The notes under the pieces were generated by a model that saw only the letters and a program-made list of their open reading frames with translations, searched no databases and was not told the DNA's origin. From the human T2T-CHM13v2.0 reference genome, Homo sapiens, in assembly GCF_009914755.1 (NCBI RefSeq), contig NC_060936.1: a stretch of DNA of 64,000 nucleotides. One strand, written 5' to 3'. Numbering within the stretch: position 1 is the stretch's first letter; each line of letters opens with the position of its first letter. Made by a program: the position numbers and the translations under genes. Positions 41,836-59,804 of the stretch are shown one piece after another.

Positions 41836-43010
41836 TGATCAAGTTAGTGGTTGTGTGGTCTAGGATATTGGACTTGAGTATGGCTTGGACAAATCAATTT
41901 GTTGAAAATCCATTTCCAAATTATTAAAATGAGGATGACATTTTTTCTGTTTTACGTAATGATTAATGCTTTACAGTTCATAAAAGTGTTTTTAAAATAT
42001 TATTTATATAATTCATAGTGGTATGGTAGATGGTCAAGAGATACTGTTAACATGAAAATGTAGTTTATACTACTGAGAAGTTTCATATTATTCAGGATCT
42101 TCATCCTAACAGAATTCTGAGGGAGATCTGAGGTGATTCTACCCACTTCCTAGCTGGGAAATCTGAGGTACTGAATGAGAAAGCGACTTGTCACAGAACT
42201 GGTCAGCATTGAAATAAAACTAGAGCCTGGCTTCTTCTCATGACCCTCCTGGCACCGTCCATTAGATTACACTGTCTTCAACCATCGTAATATAGACTCA
42301 CCCATGAAATGATGGTATAGTGCCTGTTTCTTGCACATGCCTGAGCCAAAAGTGAGAATTCAGTTATCCTTTGACGTCGAAGAAGTAGCGGTAAGTTCCC
42401 CCTGACCACCGCATCCAGGATGTTTGTGGATTTTTTTTCAAAAACAAATTTTTCTGAGTCCTAGCTGAAGGACTGGAGAGGAAAAATACTTACTGAGCTT
42501 AATTACGTGCTGGTGACTGAGATAACTGTGGGCTATTTTACGTTTATCATTCTGACTTTAATCCCAACAACAATTCTAGAGAGAAAATATAATGAAAGAA
42601 ACCAACTTATATCAAAATGAGAGAGATACAGAAGAATTTTCTGACTTAGATTGTCAAATATTTGAAGAAATATTAGACAAATAAAGCTCATGCAATTTCC
42701 TTCTCAACCATTTAAATCTTTAAGGGGCAAATGAAACATGTTTATTGATTATTAGTGCCAAATACTGTATATATCTCTTTAAAACTTACAGCAACTATCT
42801 AGTAGTATTATAATTATTCTCATTTTATAGATGAGGCAACTGAGTCTCAGAGAGATTTAAAGAAAAAAATGTTACTCTAATTCACACGGTGGTTGAGTGG
42901 TGTGGGCACGAATAGCAGGCTGAACAGTCTGATTCTAATGTCCACTCTTTTTACGTTACACTACATTGATCTACTCTGTTACATTCACATGACATAATAC
43001 AAACCCAGGC

Positions 43011-43208
43011 CTGTGCTGTCCAATACAGTAGCCATTAGTCCTATGTGACTATTTAAATTAATTAAAATGAAATAAAGTTAAAAATTCAGTCCCTCAGTCA
43101 CATAAGTCAATATTTCATATGTTCAATGGTCATGTGTGGCTAGGGGCTACTCTATACTGGAAAGAGCAGATATAAGACATTTTCATTAATGCAGAAAGTT
43201 TTTGACAG
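43011..43208 (-). mobile_element. MER3 (hAT-Charlie) relic
   Basis: 'ctgtgctgtccaatacagtagccattag...aaaattcagtccctcagtcaca...gcagaaagtttttgacag'; flanked by MIR fragments. Confidence 0.75.
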
Positions 43209-43716
43209 AACAAGATCCCCTCTAGATGAGAAGTGGTACAGTGGAGTGGGTGAGGGCATAGGCTTTAGAGTCAACAGATTTGGGCTTGAAACCTACTTTT
43301 CCCACTGTTATTTGTATGATGTTGTCCTTGATTAATTGTACTTTTCTTATTTAGTCCTCAATTTACTGGTTTGAAGCCTGAGGACAATAACAGATTTTCC
43401 CTCAAAGAGTTATTAGAGTCAGACAGAGAGCAGAATTCCAGAAAATTGGTAAGGAGTTGGCAGAAGTTAGCTATTATCACAAGCTATCTACAGTTTTGAA
43501 AAAAATGACTATGTTTTGTTAGAAATAGGCACAAAAGGGTATATACATATTTGATTTACTGTATTTGTAAAATAAGCCAGGTTGATATGAGAATTTTCCT
43601 AAAGCAGATTTAGTAAAAATTTTGTCCAGGAATCATATTTGTGCAAAAATTTGCTACCCTACTCAGAGTAGGGATACTATATTTCATCCTTGAATTCCTG
43701 TGGCCTAGCACAGTGT

Positions 43717-44104
43717 GTGTCTTGATTAGTTTTTTGTTGCTGTAACAGAATACATTATAGTGTATTCTGGGGAAACTTATTAAGAAGAGAAATTTATTTC
43801 TTACAGTTCTGGAGACTGGGATGTCCAAGGTCAAGACACTGGCAGGCTTGGTGTCTGCTTCCAAGATGGTGCCTTGAATGCTGCATCCTCCAGAGGGGAG
43901 GAACACTGTTCCTCACATGGCAGAAGAGCAGAAGGGGAACCCACTTCCAAAAGCTCCTTTATTGCAACATTAATTCATTCATTAGGACTGAGCCCTCATG
44001 ACCTAAACACCTCCCATTTGGTGCCACCTCCCAACACTGTTACATTGATGATTAAGTTTCCAACACATGAGTTTGGAGTAGACAAAAACATTCAAACCAT
44101 AGCA
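43717..44104 (-). mobile_element. MaLR solo LTR (MST/MLT1A type)
   Basis: 'aaatttatttcttacagttctggagactggga', 'ccaagatggtgccttgaatgctgcatcctcc', terminal 'cattcaaaccatagca'. Confidence 0.82.
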
Positions 44105-44254
44105 GAGCCTTACATTTAGTAGTCCTATATATGTTGGCTGAAGTGAAGTGAGAGATGGCAAGAGGTACAAAAAGGGATGGTCAGATGCATTTTGTTTTGT
44201 CTGGTCCATCATGTTGTACATCACACCACAAACCCCAGTTTCACATAAATGAGC

Positions 44255-44353
44255 TAGGGTGACCAACCATCCTGGTTGCCCACCTCAGAACTTTCCCTGT
44301 TTTAGAACTGAGAAACCTCTCAGGCCCAGGAAAACCAGAATATTTAGTTACCT
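44255..44353. mobile_element. MER81/MER94-like hAT-Blackjack MITE
   Basis: Begins tagggtgaccaaccatcctggtt and ends in a degenerate inverted copy (...aaaccagaatatttagttacctga). Confidence 0.55.
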
Positions 44354-44617
44354 GACTGGGTTCAGCTTTAATGAGAATCTGACTTTAAGGTCAAGTAAAA
44401 GGTTTATCTACTTCTATAGCCCAATATTACTTAAACGTGAGAGATATCCATTCCTTTTATCATCAAAATAAACAAATGAAGTTCAGCCAAAATACGAATA
44501 AGGCTCTTGATATCAGAATATCTCCTATTTTGTTGTGGGAAAGGGGGTAGGAAATGGGAAGATACTGAAAGGAGAGTGTTAGGTCAGGGAGAGCTGGAAC
44601 TAGAAAAAGGTCTGGAG

Positions 44618-45467
44618 TGATGCAGGATTTTTCTCAGCCCCTTTGTCAGACTAATGACAGGGGTGCCCTGTTTACTTGGCCCACCACACTCAACCCTTTG
44701 TGAGAGAGAGCATGTGAGTAAGTGAGTGGGATCCAGCCAGCTGCTTTGGGCACCAGCAGGAGCAAGCTCAGTGTGGAGCCTGCAGTGGTGCCCAGGTGGG
44801 GGTGCCTGCCACCCCAAAACCCCAGAGGGCATGTTTGCAGTGCTCTCATAGCTCTGCCATCTGCAGACAGCAGTGTCTTAGCAGCTCGGTTGGCCCGTTG
44901 CCTCATTGTGTGGGGTGGCTGCCCTCTGCTGGCAAGGGCAAAGAGCCAATGTGGCAGCCTTTTTTGGGTACCTGCACTCAGTGGGTTCTGAGCTCTTGGA
45001 TGCTGGACAAGAAGAATGAGGTTAGCCTTGAAGGATGGTGAAGGCGGAGAATTTTATTAAGTGATGGAAATTGTTCTCAGTGGACAGGGGAGCTGGACAG
45101 GGGATGGGACAAGCAGGTAGTCTTTCCCCCAAAGTCCGGCTGGCTCTTTCACGAAGTCCAGCCAGCTATTCCCTGAAGTCAAGCCACCTCAGTGAAGTCA
45201 AGCTGCCTCTCTTCTCTACTGACTGAGTCTGGGGTCTTTATAAGCACAGGATGGGAGTGGGGGCAGGCCATAGGTAGTTTTGGAAAAGGCCATGTTTGAC
45301 TGGTAAAAAGACATTACTCAGAAAGAGCCAATTGGGAGAGAGTGGGCAAAGAGGAATGGAAGTTCTCACTTTGGGCTGCAGGTCTCAGGCCACTTTGGCA
45401 TGAAGGTGGGTTTTCACCGGGGACCCGCCCCGTCTGCCTAGAATTTCTCTGCCTCCTGCCTCTATCA
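44618..45467 (-). mobile_element. ERV1 solo LTR (LTR1/LTR28/MER52 group), 850 bp
   Basis: TGAT...ATCA ends and a 4-bp TSD GGAG (44614-44617 / 45468-45471). On the minus strand: GC box, CCAAT, TATAAA (45237-45242), AATAAA (45053-45058). Confidence 0.85.
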
Positions 45468-45870
45468 GGAGGACCTAAGCAAAAATTTTGCTCACTACTT
45501 AGTTTACATATTTTGTTATTTCACCGTATCATTTCTCTTAGAAATAACAGTCCCTAGAGGATCTGGGATAGAGAAAGGCCACAGTGAATGTTTATAATAC
45601 TGTGAAGGAGCTGCCCTGGAAACTAAAAGATCAGGTTCTAATCCTGGTTCTGTCATGAACTATTTTTGACCTTTGATAAGTCGCCTACATTTTCAGAAAT
45701 TCAGTTTCCTCTTTGGACTCTGAAGGAAAATGTGGGCTCAATTGATCAAAAGATCCTAGTTCTTTGTAGATCGAATACTTAGGATTTAATAGGAACATCC
45801 TCTCAGAAGCCCATCATGACTTTTCACCACTGACTAGGCCAAGTATTGATGGTGCTATCATGGGGATGTG

Positions 45871-45884
45871 CTGCCACCTTGCGG
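45871..45884 (-). promoter_or_regulatory. Candidate CTCF site
   Basis: Minus strand reads CCGCAAGGTGGCAG, an exact match to the CCGCNNGGNGGCAG CTCF core; lies in non-repeat sequence with its CpG retained. Confidence 0.65.
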
Positions 45885-46424
45885 TAGTTTGAGTTGTCCG
45901 CATGCACTAGTTTACTAGGAAAATCTCTGATTTATTTTCCTACAATATGTTGTTATTTTCACCCAAAGGAACACATTCTTTTAAAATTTGGAATCCTTAG
46001 GATATCTTCATTTACTTAGATTTTTTTGTAGCAATATTTTGTAGTTTTAAATGTAGAAATATTAAACATCCTTGATAAAATTTATACCTTTATTTTGATA
46101 TTATAAATGGTACTTTTAATATTAAAATAAATTTAATTTTACAATTTCTGTTGTTAGTATATAGTAATAAATTGATTTTTATATATTAATTTTGTATCCC
46201 AAGATTTTTTTAGATTTATCTTTCGGTTTTAGCAGTTTTTTGAGGGTGGTAAGGGGGCTAGATCCTTAGGATTTTCTATATGCAAAATTATGTAATTTTG
46301 AATAAGGAAATTTAAACTTCTTCTTGACCAATCTGTATGCCTTTATCTTCTTTTCACCATTGAATATGATGTCAAAAGGTTTTAGTAGACAACACTAATA
46401 GAATGCTTACTGTTGTTTCTGTAG

Positions 46425-46778
<354 letters not shown>

Positions 46779-48114
46779 TAATCTATTTAATCATCATAGT
46801 CCTCTGGGATATGTACTATCATTGTTCCTGCTTTAAAGATGACGAAATTAAAGTTTAAGGAGGTTAAATGTCTTACCTGAGGTCATCAATGACAGAGCTA
46901 TCAAATGGAGGAGCTGGATTTTAAACTTATTCATTATGTTATTCTACTGCTTTATGCTTCTTCCAAGAATTCTTAAAAGTTACATTTATTGTGGTACAGT
47001 TTCTTAGGCTTTGTTTATCTGAGAATATTTTTATGATATCCTTACACTTACGTTATAAAATTTTAGATTCTAACTTCTTGACTCAATTCTTTCAGTGCAA
47101 CCTTTAAGAAATCAAATGGCAACATCATTCTTCTTTTAAGATCATCTGCTGTTTATTTCTGAAGGGTTTTCCAGATCTCTCTGTATTGTAGATATTTCTA
47201 ATTTTTTCTATAACATGTCACTGTATTTTCTCCTTAAGTGTCATGTTTAGTCTTCTGTGTTCCCTTTTTGTTTGAAATTGTTCACATATGTATGTTTTAT
47301 GTATAATTCTTACAAATTTTCAATCAGCGTGGCTGTTCTTAAGCATGTTTCCATTCATGTTTGAGCTAGGGATAAAAATAATGAGATGGTGAGGGACTTC
47401 CTAAATTTAAAATAAACATCTATTCATCTAAAGATCATGGAATTCTATTTTTTTTCCCAATTGCTTTGATAAAAAGCAAACAACATGAAAAAGTTATTGG
47501 CAGGTTGAAAAGTCTAACAGAAAACATTTGCTTAAAGCTGGTCTTCGGCTCTTTGTTTCCACTTTTATGACGATTAGGAAGCACCTGGACTAAGCCGGCA
47601 AGGCACCATGCCAAATGGAGCAGAAACAAGTTGCTCAGAAATTCATTAAATTTACATCTTAATGAAAACTATTTTCTGCCTAGAAACAGTATGAATATAA
47701 TAAATCCCAGTGGGGAGATTCTGGGTTTGTTGGATAGGACTGAAAATGAAGAAAGTTTTTGTGTTGTAGTTGCAATTGTTAAATGATGAAAGAGAAGTTC
47801 TAAGAGCACTAGTGATTGGGAGACTAGGAGACATGTTTTTTCTATATGTAGAGTTCCAATTCAAACCCCCTAAATGATTCATAGACTACTTGACATTGTC
47901 TATAAATCACTAACCAGTGACTTTTATTGGGTTTAACTCATCTTCTCCAACTTCTAAAACTGAAGAAGCTTCTGGGCAATCTCAATTGACAAAATTATTT
48001 AGCCACCTCTTCTAATATTACTTCTAAAGGATATATTTAACATGAATAACAGACCTTGGATTCAATTAATAAAATGATTTATTCTTCATAATTAAAAAAG
48101 AATAATCAATTTCT

Positions 48115-49642
<1,528 letters not shown>

Positions 49643-50794
49643 AAGAATCATCAATTTCTAAGATAGTTTCTGAAATTTGCTATCATTCTTATTTTAAAAA
49701 TGCAGATTAAATTGAGTTGAGACTCTTGATTTCATGTGTTACACACAGAGCATATAAATATTAGATGAAGCTAGTGTTTCAGGATGTGGAAATGGATTTT
49801 TATTGTAATATTCTATTCCAAAGGCAGTCCTAGCACATGCTAGATATCAGTGGAGAGAAATTGGTGATACTGTGGGGTTTCTAAGTGCTGAGGCAAAACT
49901 AAATAACGAATAGAAATTCTGAGTAGTTATTCTCACCAAGGGAACCATTGGGGAGAGAGACTCAGGAATTGGGGAGAATTTTTGAAGAACCTGCAAAAAC
50001 TCATTAGTAAAATAGTCAATTTTCAAGCTTTTCCTAGCAAGAGAGCTATGACGGTATATCATAATAACAGTATCTTCAAATCTGAATTTCCCTATCCTCT
50101 TTCTTCATTTCTCCACTTCAATTATGAAAGGTTAGAGAGATGGGAGAGAAGAATTCCTATGCAAAGGAAGACTAAACTAAATCTTGCACCCACTCTTCTA
50201 TTGCAGAGCTTGCTGCATGTGATGTGTTATAAACTTTAAAATAGGTGTTTACCCATCATCTCTGTGGATTTTACATTATGATATAACATCCACCTTGGTA
50301 TCTGGTCTGTATTATCTCTATACTTGCAGCTTAAATATTTATTAAACTAGCTACATATACGAGTCCTATCTTTTAATCTACAGATCTATATTTATGTATA
50401 GAATATCATGGGTGAATCTGCCTCAGAGGGATCAAGTCTATAACTTTCATCAGCTCTTTAAATAACTCATACTTTTAATTGCTATACTATCAAATAAGTA
50501 GTTTCTTGCATAGTAAAAACTGCTTCTATTCAAAATCTAAAATCTGAATTATATGTGTAAGCTTATTTTCCAGAGATATTTGCTGTTAACATTAAATATA
50601 TCTGCATATATCTTATAGTTATTTTTCTTAAAGCAAATGATACAGCATATTTAGATTTTAAATTTAATAGACACCTATTAATTAGTTGATACATTAGTTA
50701 CATTATTTTATATTATTACTTTTCTATGTCTTTCAATTGGCTTTTTACTCCAGGCATGGTACAAATTACCTAATTTAAAGATAATTTTTAAAGC

Positions 50795-53316
50795 GCAATC
50801 AGAAACAACAAAGTTGACATTACAACCGATGCCCCAGAAATGCAAAAGATCCTCAAACACTATTAAGAACACCTCTATGCACACAAACTAGAAAATATAG
50901 AGGAAATAGATAAATTCCTGAAACACAATCTTTCAAGATTGAATCAGGAAGAAACTGAAACACTGAACACACAAATATTGAGTTCCAAAATCGAATCAGT
51001 AATGAAAAACCTAGTAACCAAAAAAAGCCCCAGACCAGATACAGTCATAGTCAAATTCTACCAGATGTACAAAGAAGAGCTGGTACCAATTCTACCAAAA
51101 CTATTCCAAAAAATCAAGGAGGAGGAACTCCTCTCTGACTCATTCTATGAAGCCAGCATCATCCTGATACCAAAATCTGGCAAAAACACAGTGAAAAACA
51201 GAAACTAACAGGCCAATATCACTGATGAATATAGATGCAAAATTCCTCAACAGATTACTGGAAAACTGAATTTAACAGCATGTTAAAAAGCTAATTCACC
51301 ATGAACGAGTGGGCTTCGTTGTCGGAATGCAAGTTTGGTTCAACATGTGCAAATCAATAAGTGTGATTCACCACATAAACAGAATTAAAACTGAAAACCA
51401 TATGATCATCACAGCTTTTGATAAAATCCAACATCCCTTCATGATAAGAACCCTCAAGATAGGAACTCTCAAGAAACTAGTCATTAAAGGAACATACCTC
51501 AAAATAATAAGAGTCATCTATGACAAACCCACAGCCATCATCCTACTGAATGGGCAAAAACTGGAAGGATTCTCCTTGAGAACTGGAACAAGACAAGGAT
51601 GTCCACTCTCATCACTCCTATTCATCATGGTACTGGAAGTGCTACCCAAAGCAGTCAGGTGAAAAAAGAAATGCAAGGCATCCGAAAAGAAATAGAAGTC
51701 AAACTATATCTCTTCATAGATGATATGATCCTATATCTAGAAAAGCCCAGAGAATCTGCCAAAAGCCTCCTAGAACTGATAAACAACTTCAGTAAAGTTT
51801 CAGAATATAGAATCAGTGTACAAAAATCAGTAGCTTTTCTATACACCAATAATATTCAAGCTGAGAGCCAAATCCAGAATGCAATCTCATTTTTAGTAGC
51901 CACACACAAAACTAAAATACCTAGGAATACATCTAACCAAGGAAGTGAAAGATCTCTGCAAAGAGAACTAAAAAATACTGCTTAAAGAAATCATAGATGA
52001 CACACACAAATAGAAAAATATTTCATGCTTATGAACAGAAAGAATCAATATTGGTAAAATAGCCATACTGCCCAAAGAAATCTACAGATTCAACACTATT
52101 CCTATCAGACTACTCATCTCATTTTTCACAGAACTAGAAAAAACCATTCTAAAATTTATATGGAACAAGAAAACAGCCTGGATAGCCAAAGCAATCCTGA
52201 ATAAAAAGAACAAAGCTGGAGGCATCACATTACCTGACTTCAAACTATACTATAAGGCTACAGTAACCAAAACAGCATGGTATTAGTACAAAAACAGACA
52301 TGTAAACCAATGGAACAGAATACAGAACACAGAAAAAAAGCTGCACACCTACAGACATCTGATCTTTGACAAAGTCAACAAAAACAAGCAATGGGGAAAA
52401 GACTCCTTATTCAATAAATGGTGCTAAGATAGCTGGCTAGCTGTATGTTGAGGAATGAAATTTTGCCCCTACCTTTCACCATATACAAAAATTAACTCAA
52501 GATGGATTGAAGTTTTAAATGTAAGATCTCAAACTATAAGAATCCTAGAAGAAAGCCTAGAAAACATCATTCTGGATGTCAGCATTGGGAAAGCATTTAT
52601 GACTAAGTACTCAAAAGCGATTGCAACAAAATAAAACATGGACATGTGGGATATAATTAAACTAAAGACCTTCTGCACAACAAAAATATCTATCAACGGA
52701 GTAAACAGACCACCTACAGAATGGGAGAAAATATTCACTAACTATGCATCAGACCAATATCTAATATCCAGAATCTATAAAGAACTTGAACAAATCAACA
52801 AGCAAAAAACAAATAACCCTATTAGAAAATGGGTAAAGGGAATGAACAAACATTTCTCAAAAGAAGAGATACATGAGGTCAACAAACATATGAAAAACTA
52901 CTCCACATCATCAGAGAAATAGAAATCACAACCACAATGAGATACCATCTCACGCCAGTCAGAATGGCAATTATTAAAAAGTCAGGAAACAATAGATACT
53001 GGTGAGGCTGTGGACAAATAGGAACGCTTTTACACTGTTGGTGGGAGTGTAAATTAGTTCAACCATTGTGGAAGTCAGTGTGGCGATTCCTCAGGGATCT
53101 GGAACTGGAAATACCATTTGACCCAGCCATCCCATTACTGGGTATATACCCAAAGGATTACAAATCATTCTACTATAAAGACACATGCACGCATATGTTT
53201 ATTGCAGCACTATTTACAATAGCAAAGACTTGGAACCAACCCAAATGTCCATCAATGATAGACTGGATAAAGAAAATGTGGCACATATACACCATGGAAT
53301 ACTATGCAGCTGTAAA
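50795..53316 (+). mobile_element. Mosaic L1 ORF2 fragment (old L1PA15-16/L1PB-like 5' part, younger 3' part); no 3'UTR or poly(A)
   Basis: Degenerate ORF2 peptides in the ORF track (50939-53320, including [10 protein letters not shown] of the RT domain) with many stops and frameshifts. Confidence 0.9.
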
Positions 53317-53626
53317 ATAGTGTTTTAAAAAGACAAGTCTAGAAACTAAAAATAACAAAGGTTGAGAAGAACAAGAAAATCGGGGTATGATTTAAAAAAA
53401 ACACACATTAAGTGAAGTCAAGGTGATGCTAAGTCTGGATTATTCCTGTAGCAGTGAAAATAAACAAAAATGGATGAATCTGAGGGTTATTTTGAGGTAC
53501 TAGTTAGTTATGTTGAGGTACTAGGCTAAAAATATTATCCTAGAAAATAGAAAATATCGTATTATCACTTAAAGAAGTGTGATAACTAGTATAGAAACCT
53601 ATTAAAAGTCATCACATTAGCTATTG

Positions 53627-53627
<1 letters not shown>

Positions 53628-53673
<46 letters not shown>
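53628..53673. repeat. (TG)~23 microsatellite
   Basis: Seen directly. Confidence 0.95.
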
Positions 53674-53675
<2 letters not shown>

Positions 53676-54213
53676 GGATGAAATGGAGAAAACAGAGAGC
53701 TACATCATGTGTTTGATGGTTGGAGGAGTAAGCATGTAAGAGTAACACACTTCCACTTTTTGTACTGGTTTATTTGTCTTACTTCTGATATTTCCTGTTT
53801 CAAAAAAGTAGTGTTTAATCTGTCTTTTAATATGTATGTTATACAATGTGATATTCTGTTGTATTGAAAACAAAGATACAAAACAAAAGAAACATTAGGA
53901 TCCTAATTCAATCTGAAGGGATAAAAAAGTCCAGCTGACTTTCTTAATAACATAACACTAAAATGACCATACATTTCCTGGTTGGGAAATCATTTTCTTT
54001 TTTTTTTATTATTATACTTTAAGTTTTAGGGTACATGTGCAGATTGTGCAGGTTAGTTACATATGTATACATGTGCCATGCTGGTGCGCTGCACCCACTA
54101 ACTTGTCATCTAGCATTAGGAATATCTCCCAATGCTATCCCTCCCCCCTCCCCCCACCCCACAACAGTCCCCAGAGCGTGATATTCCCCTTTCTGTGTCC
54201 ATGTGATCTCATT

Positions 54214-58039
<3,826 letters not shown>

Positions 58040-58102
58040 TATGATGTTAGCTGGTTCTTTTGCTGGTTAGTTGATGCAGTTTCTTCCTAGCCTCAATGGT
58101 CT

Positions 58103-59120
58103 TTACATTTTGGCATGATTTTGCAGCGGCTGGTACCAGTTGTTCCTTTCCATGTTTAGTGCTTCCTTCAGGAGCTCTTTTAGGGCAGGCCTGGTGGTGA
58201 CAAAATCTCTCAGCATTTGCTTGTCTGTAAAGTATTTTATTTCTCCTTCACTTATGAAGCTTAGTTTGGCTGGATATGAAATTCTGGGTTGAAAATTCTT
58301 TTCTTTAAGAATGTTGAATATTGGCCCCCACTCTCTTCTGGCTTGTAGAGTTTCTGCCGAGAGATCCGCTGTTAGTCTGTTGGGCTTCCCTTTGAGGGTA
58401 ACCCGACCTTTCTCTCTGGCTGCCCTTAACATTTTTTCCTTCATTTCAACTTTGGTGAATCTGACAATTATGTGTCTTGGAGTTGCTCTTCTCGAGGAGT
58501 ATCTTTGTGGCGTTCTCTGTATTTCCTGAATCTGAACGTTGGCCTGCCTTGCTAGATTGGGGAAGTTCTCCTGGATAATATCCTGCAGAGTGTTTTCCAA
58601 CTTGTTTCCATTCTCCCCATCACTTTCAGGTACACCAATCAGACATAGATTTGGTCTTTTCACATAGTCCCATATTTCTTGGAGGCTTTGCTCATTTCTT
58701 TTTATTCTTTTTTCTCTAAACTTCCCTTCTCGCTTCATTTCATTCATTTCATCTTCCATTGCTGATACCCTTTCTTCCAGTTGATCGCATCGGCTCCTGA
58801 GGCTTCTGCATTCTTCATGTAGTTCTTGAGCCTTGGTTTTCAGCTCCATCAGCTCCTTTAAGCATTTCTCTGTATTGGTTATTCTAGTTATACATTCTTC
58901 TAAAGTTTTTTCAAAGTTTTCAACTTCTTTGCCTTTGGTTTGAATGTCCTCCCGTAGCTCAGAGTAATTTGATCGTCTGAAGCCTTCTTCTCTTAGCTCG
59001 TCAAAGTCATTCTCCATCCAGCTTTGTTCCGTTGCTGGTGAGGAACTGTGTTCCTTTGGAGGAGGAGAGGTGCTCTGCTTTTTAGAGTTTCCAGTTTTTC
59101 TGTTCTGTTTTTTTCCCCAT
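58103..59120 (-). pseudogene. L1 ORF1p, frameshifted
   Basis: ATG at 59120-59118 is followed by A7 instead of the consensus A6 (span 1018 nt versus 1017). The rest is open (304-aa ORF ending ...PLQNHAKM). Confidence 0.9.
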
Positions 59121-59588
59121 CTTTGTGGTTTTATCTACTTTTGGTCTTTGATGATGGTGATGTACAGATGGGTTTTTGGTGTGGATGTCCTTTCTGTTTG
59201 TTAGTTTTCCTTCTAACAGACAGGACCCTGAGCTGCAGGTCTGTTGGAGTACCCTGCTGTGTGAGGTGTCAGTGTGCCCCTGCTGGGGTGTGCCTCCCAG
59301 TTAGGCTGCTCGGGGGTCAGGGACCCACTTGAGGAGGCAGTCTTCCCGTTCTCAGATCTCCGTCTTCCCGTTCTCAGATCTCCAGCTGCGTGCTGGGAGA
59401 ACCACTACTCTCTTCAAAGCTGTCAGACAGGGACATTTAAGTCTGCAGAGGTTACTGCTGTCTTTGTTTGTCTGTGCCCTGCCCCCAGAGGTGGAGCCTA
59501 CAGAGGCAGGCAGGCCTCCTTGAGCTGTGGTGGGCTCCACCCAGTTGGAGCTTCAGGGCTGCTTTGTTTACCTAAGCAAGCCTGGGCA

Positions 59589-59804
59589 ATGGCGGGCACC
59601 CCTCCCCCAGCCTCACTGCCCTCTTGCAGTTTGATCTCAGACTGCTGTGCTAGCAATCAGCGAGACTCCGTGGGCGTAGGACCCTCTGAGCCAGGTGTGG
59701 GATGTAATCTCGTGGTGCGCCGTTTTTTAAGCCGGTTGGAAAAGCGCAGTATTCGGGTGGGAGTGACCCGATTTTCCAGGTGGGTTCGTCACCCCTTTCT
59801 TTGA
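59589..59804 (+). CDS. L1 ORF0 (antisense 5'UTR ORF, 71 aa), intact
   Basis: gcaATGg start; MAGTPPPASLPSCSLISDCCASNQRDSVGVGPSEPGVGCNLVVRRFLSRLEKRSIRVGVTRFSRWVRHPFL*, matching primate L1 ORF0. Expression is not demonstrated. Confidence 0.75.
   Translation: MAGTPPPASLPSCSLISDCCASNQRDSVGVGPSEPGVGCNLVVRRFLSRLEKRSIRVGVTRFSRWVRHPFL

Noticed and set aside
59274-59588. Apparent 176-aa N-terminally extended ORF0
   Set aside because: It starts at GTG and its continuity depends on the private 22-bp duplication; it begins upstream of where antisense transcripts normally start. Only the 71-aa ORF0 is supported.
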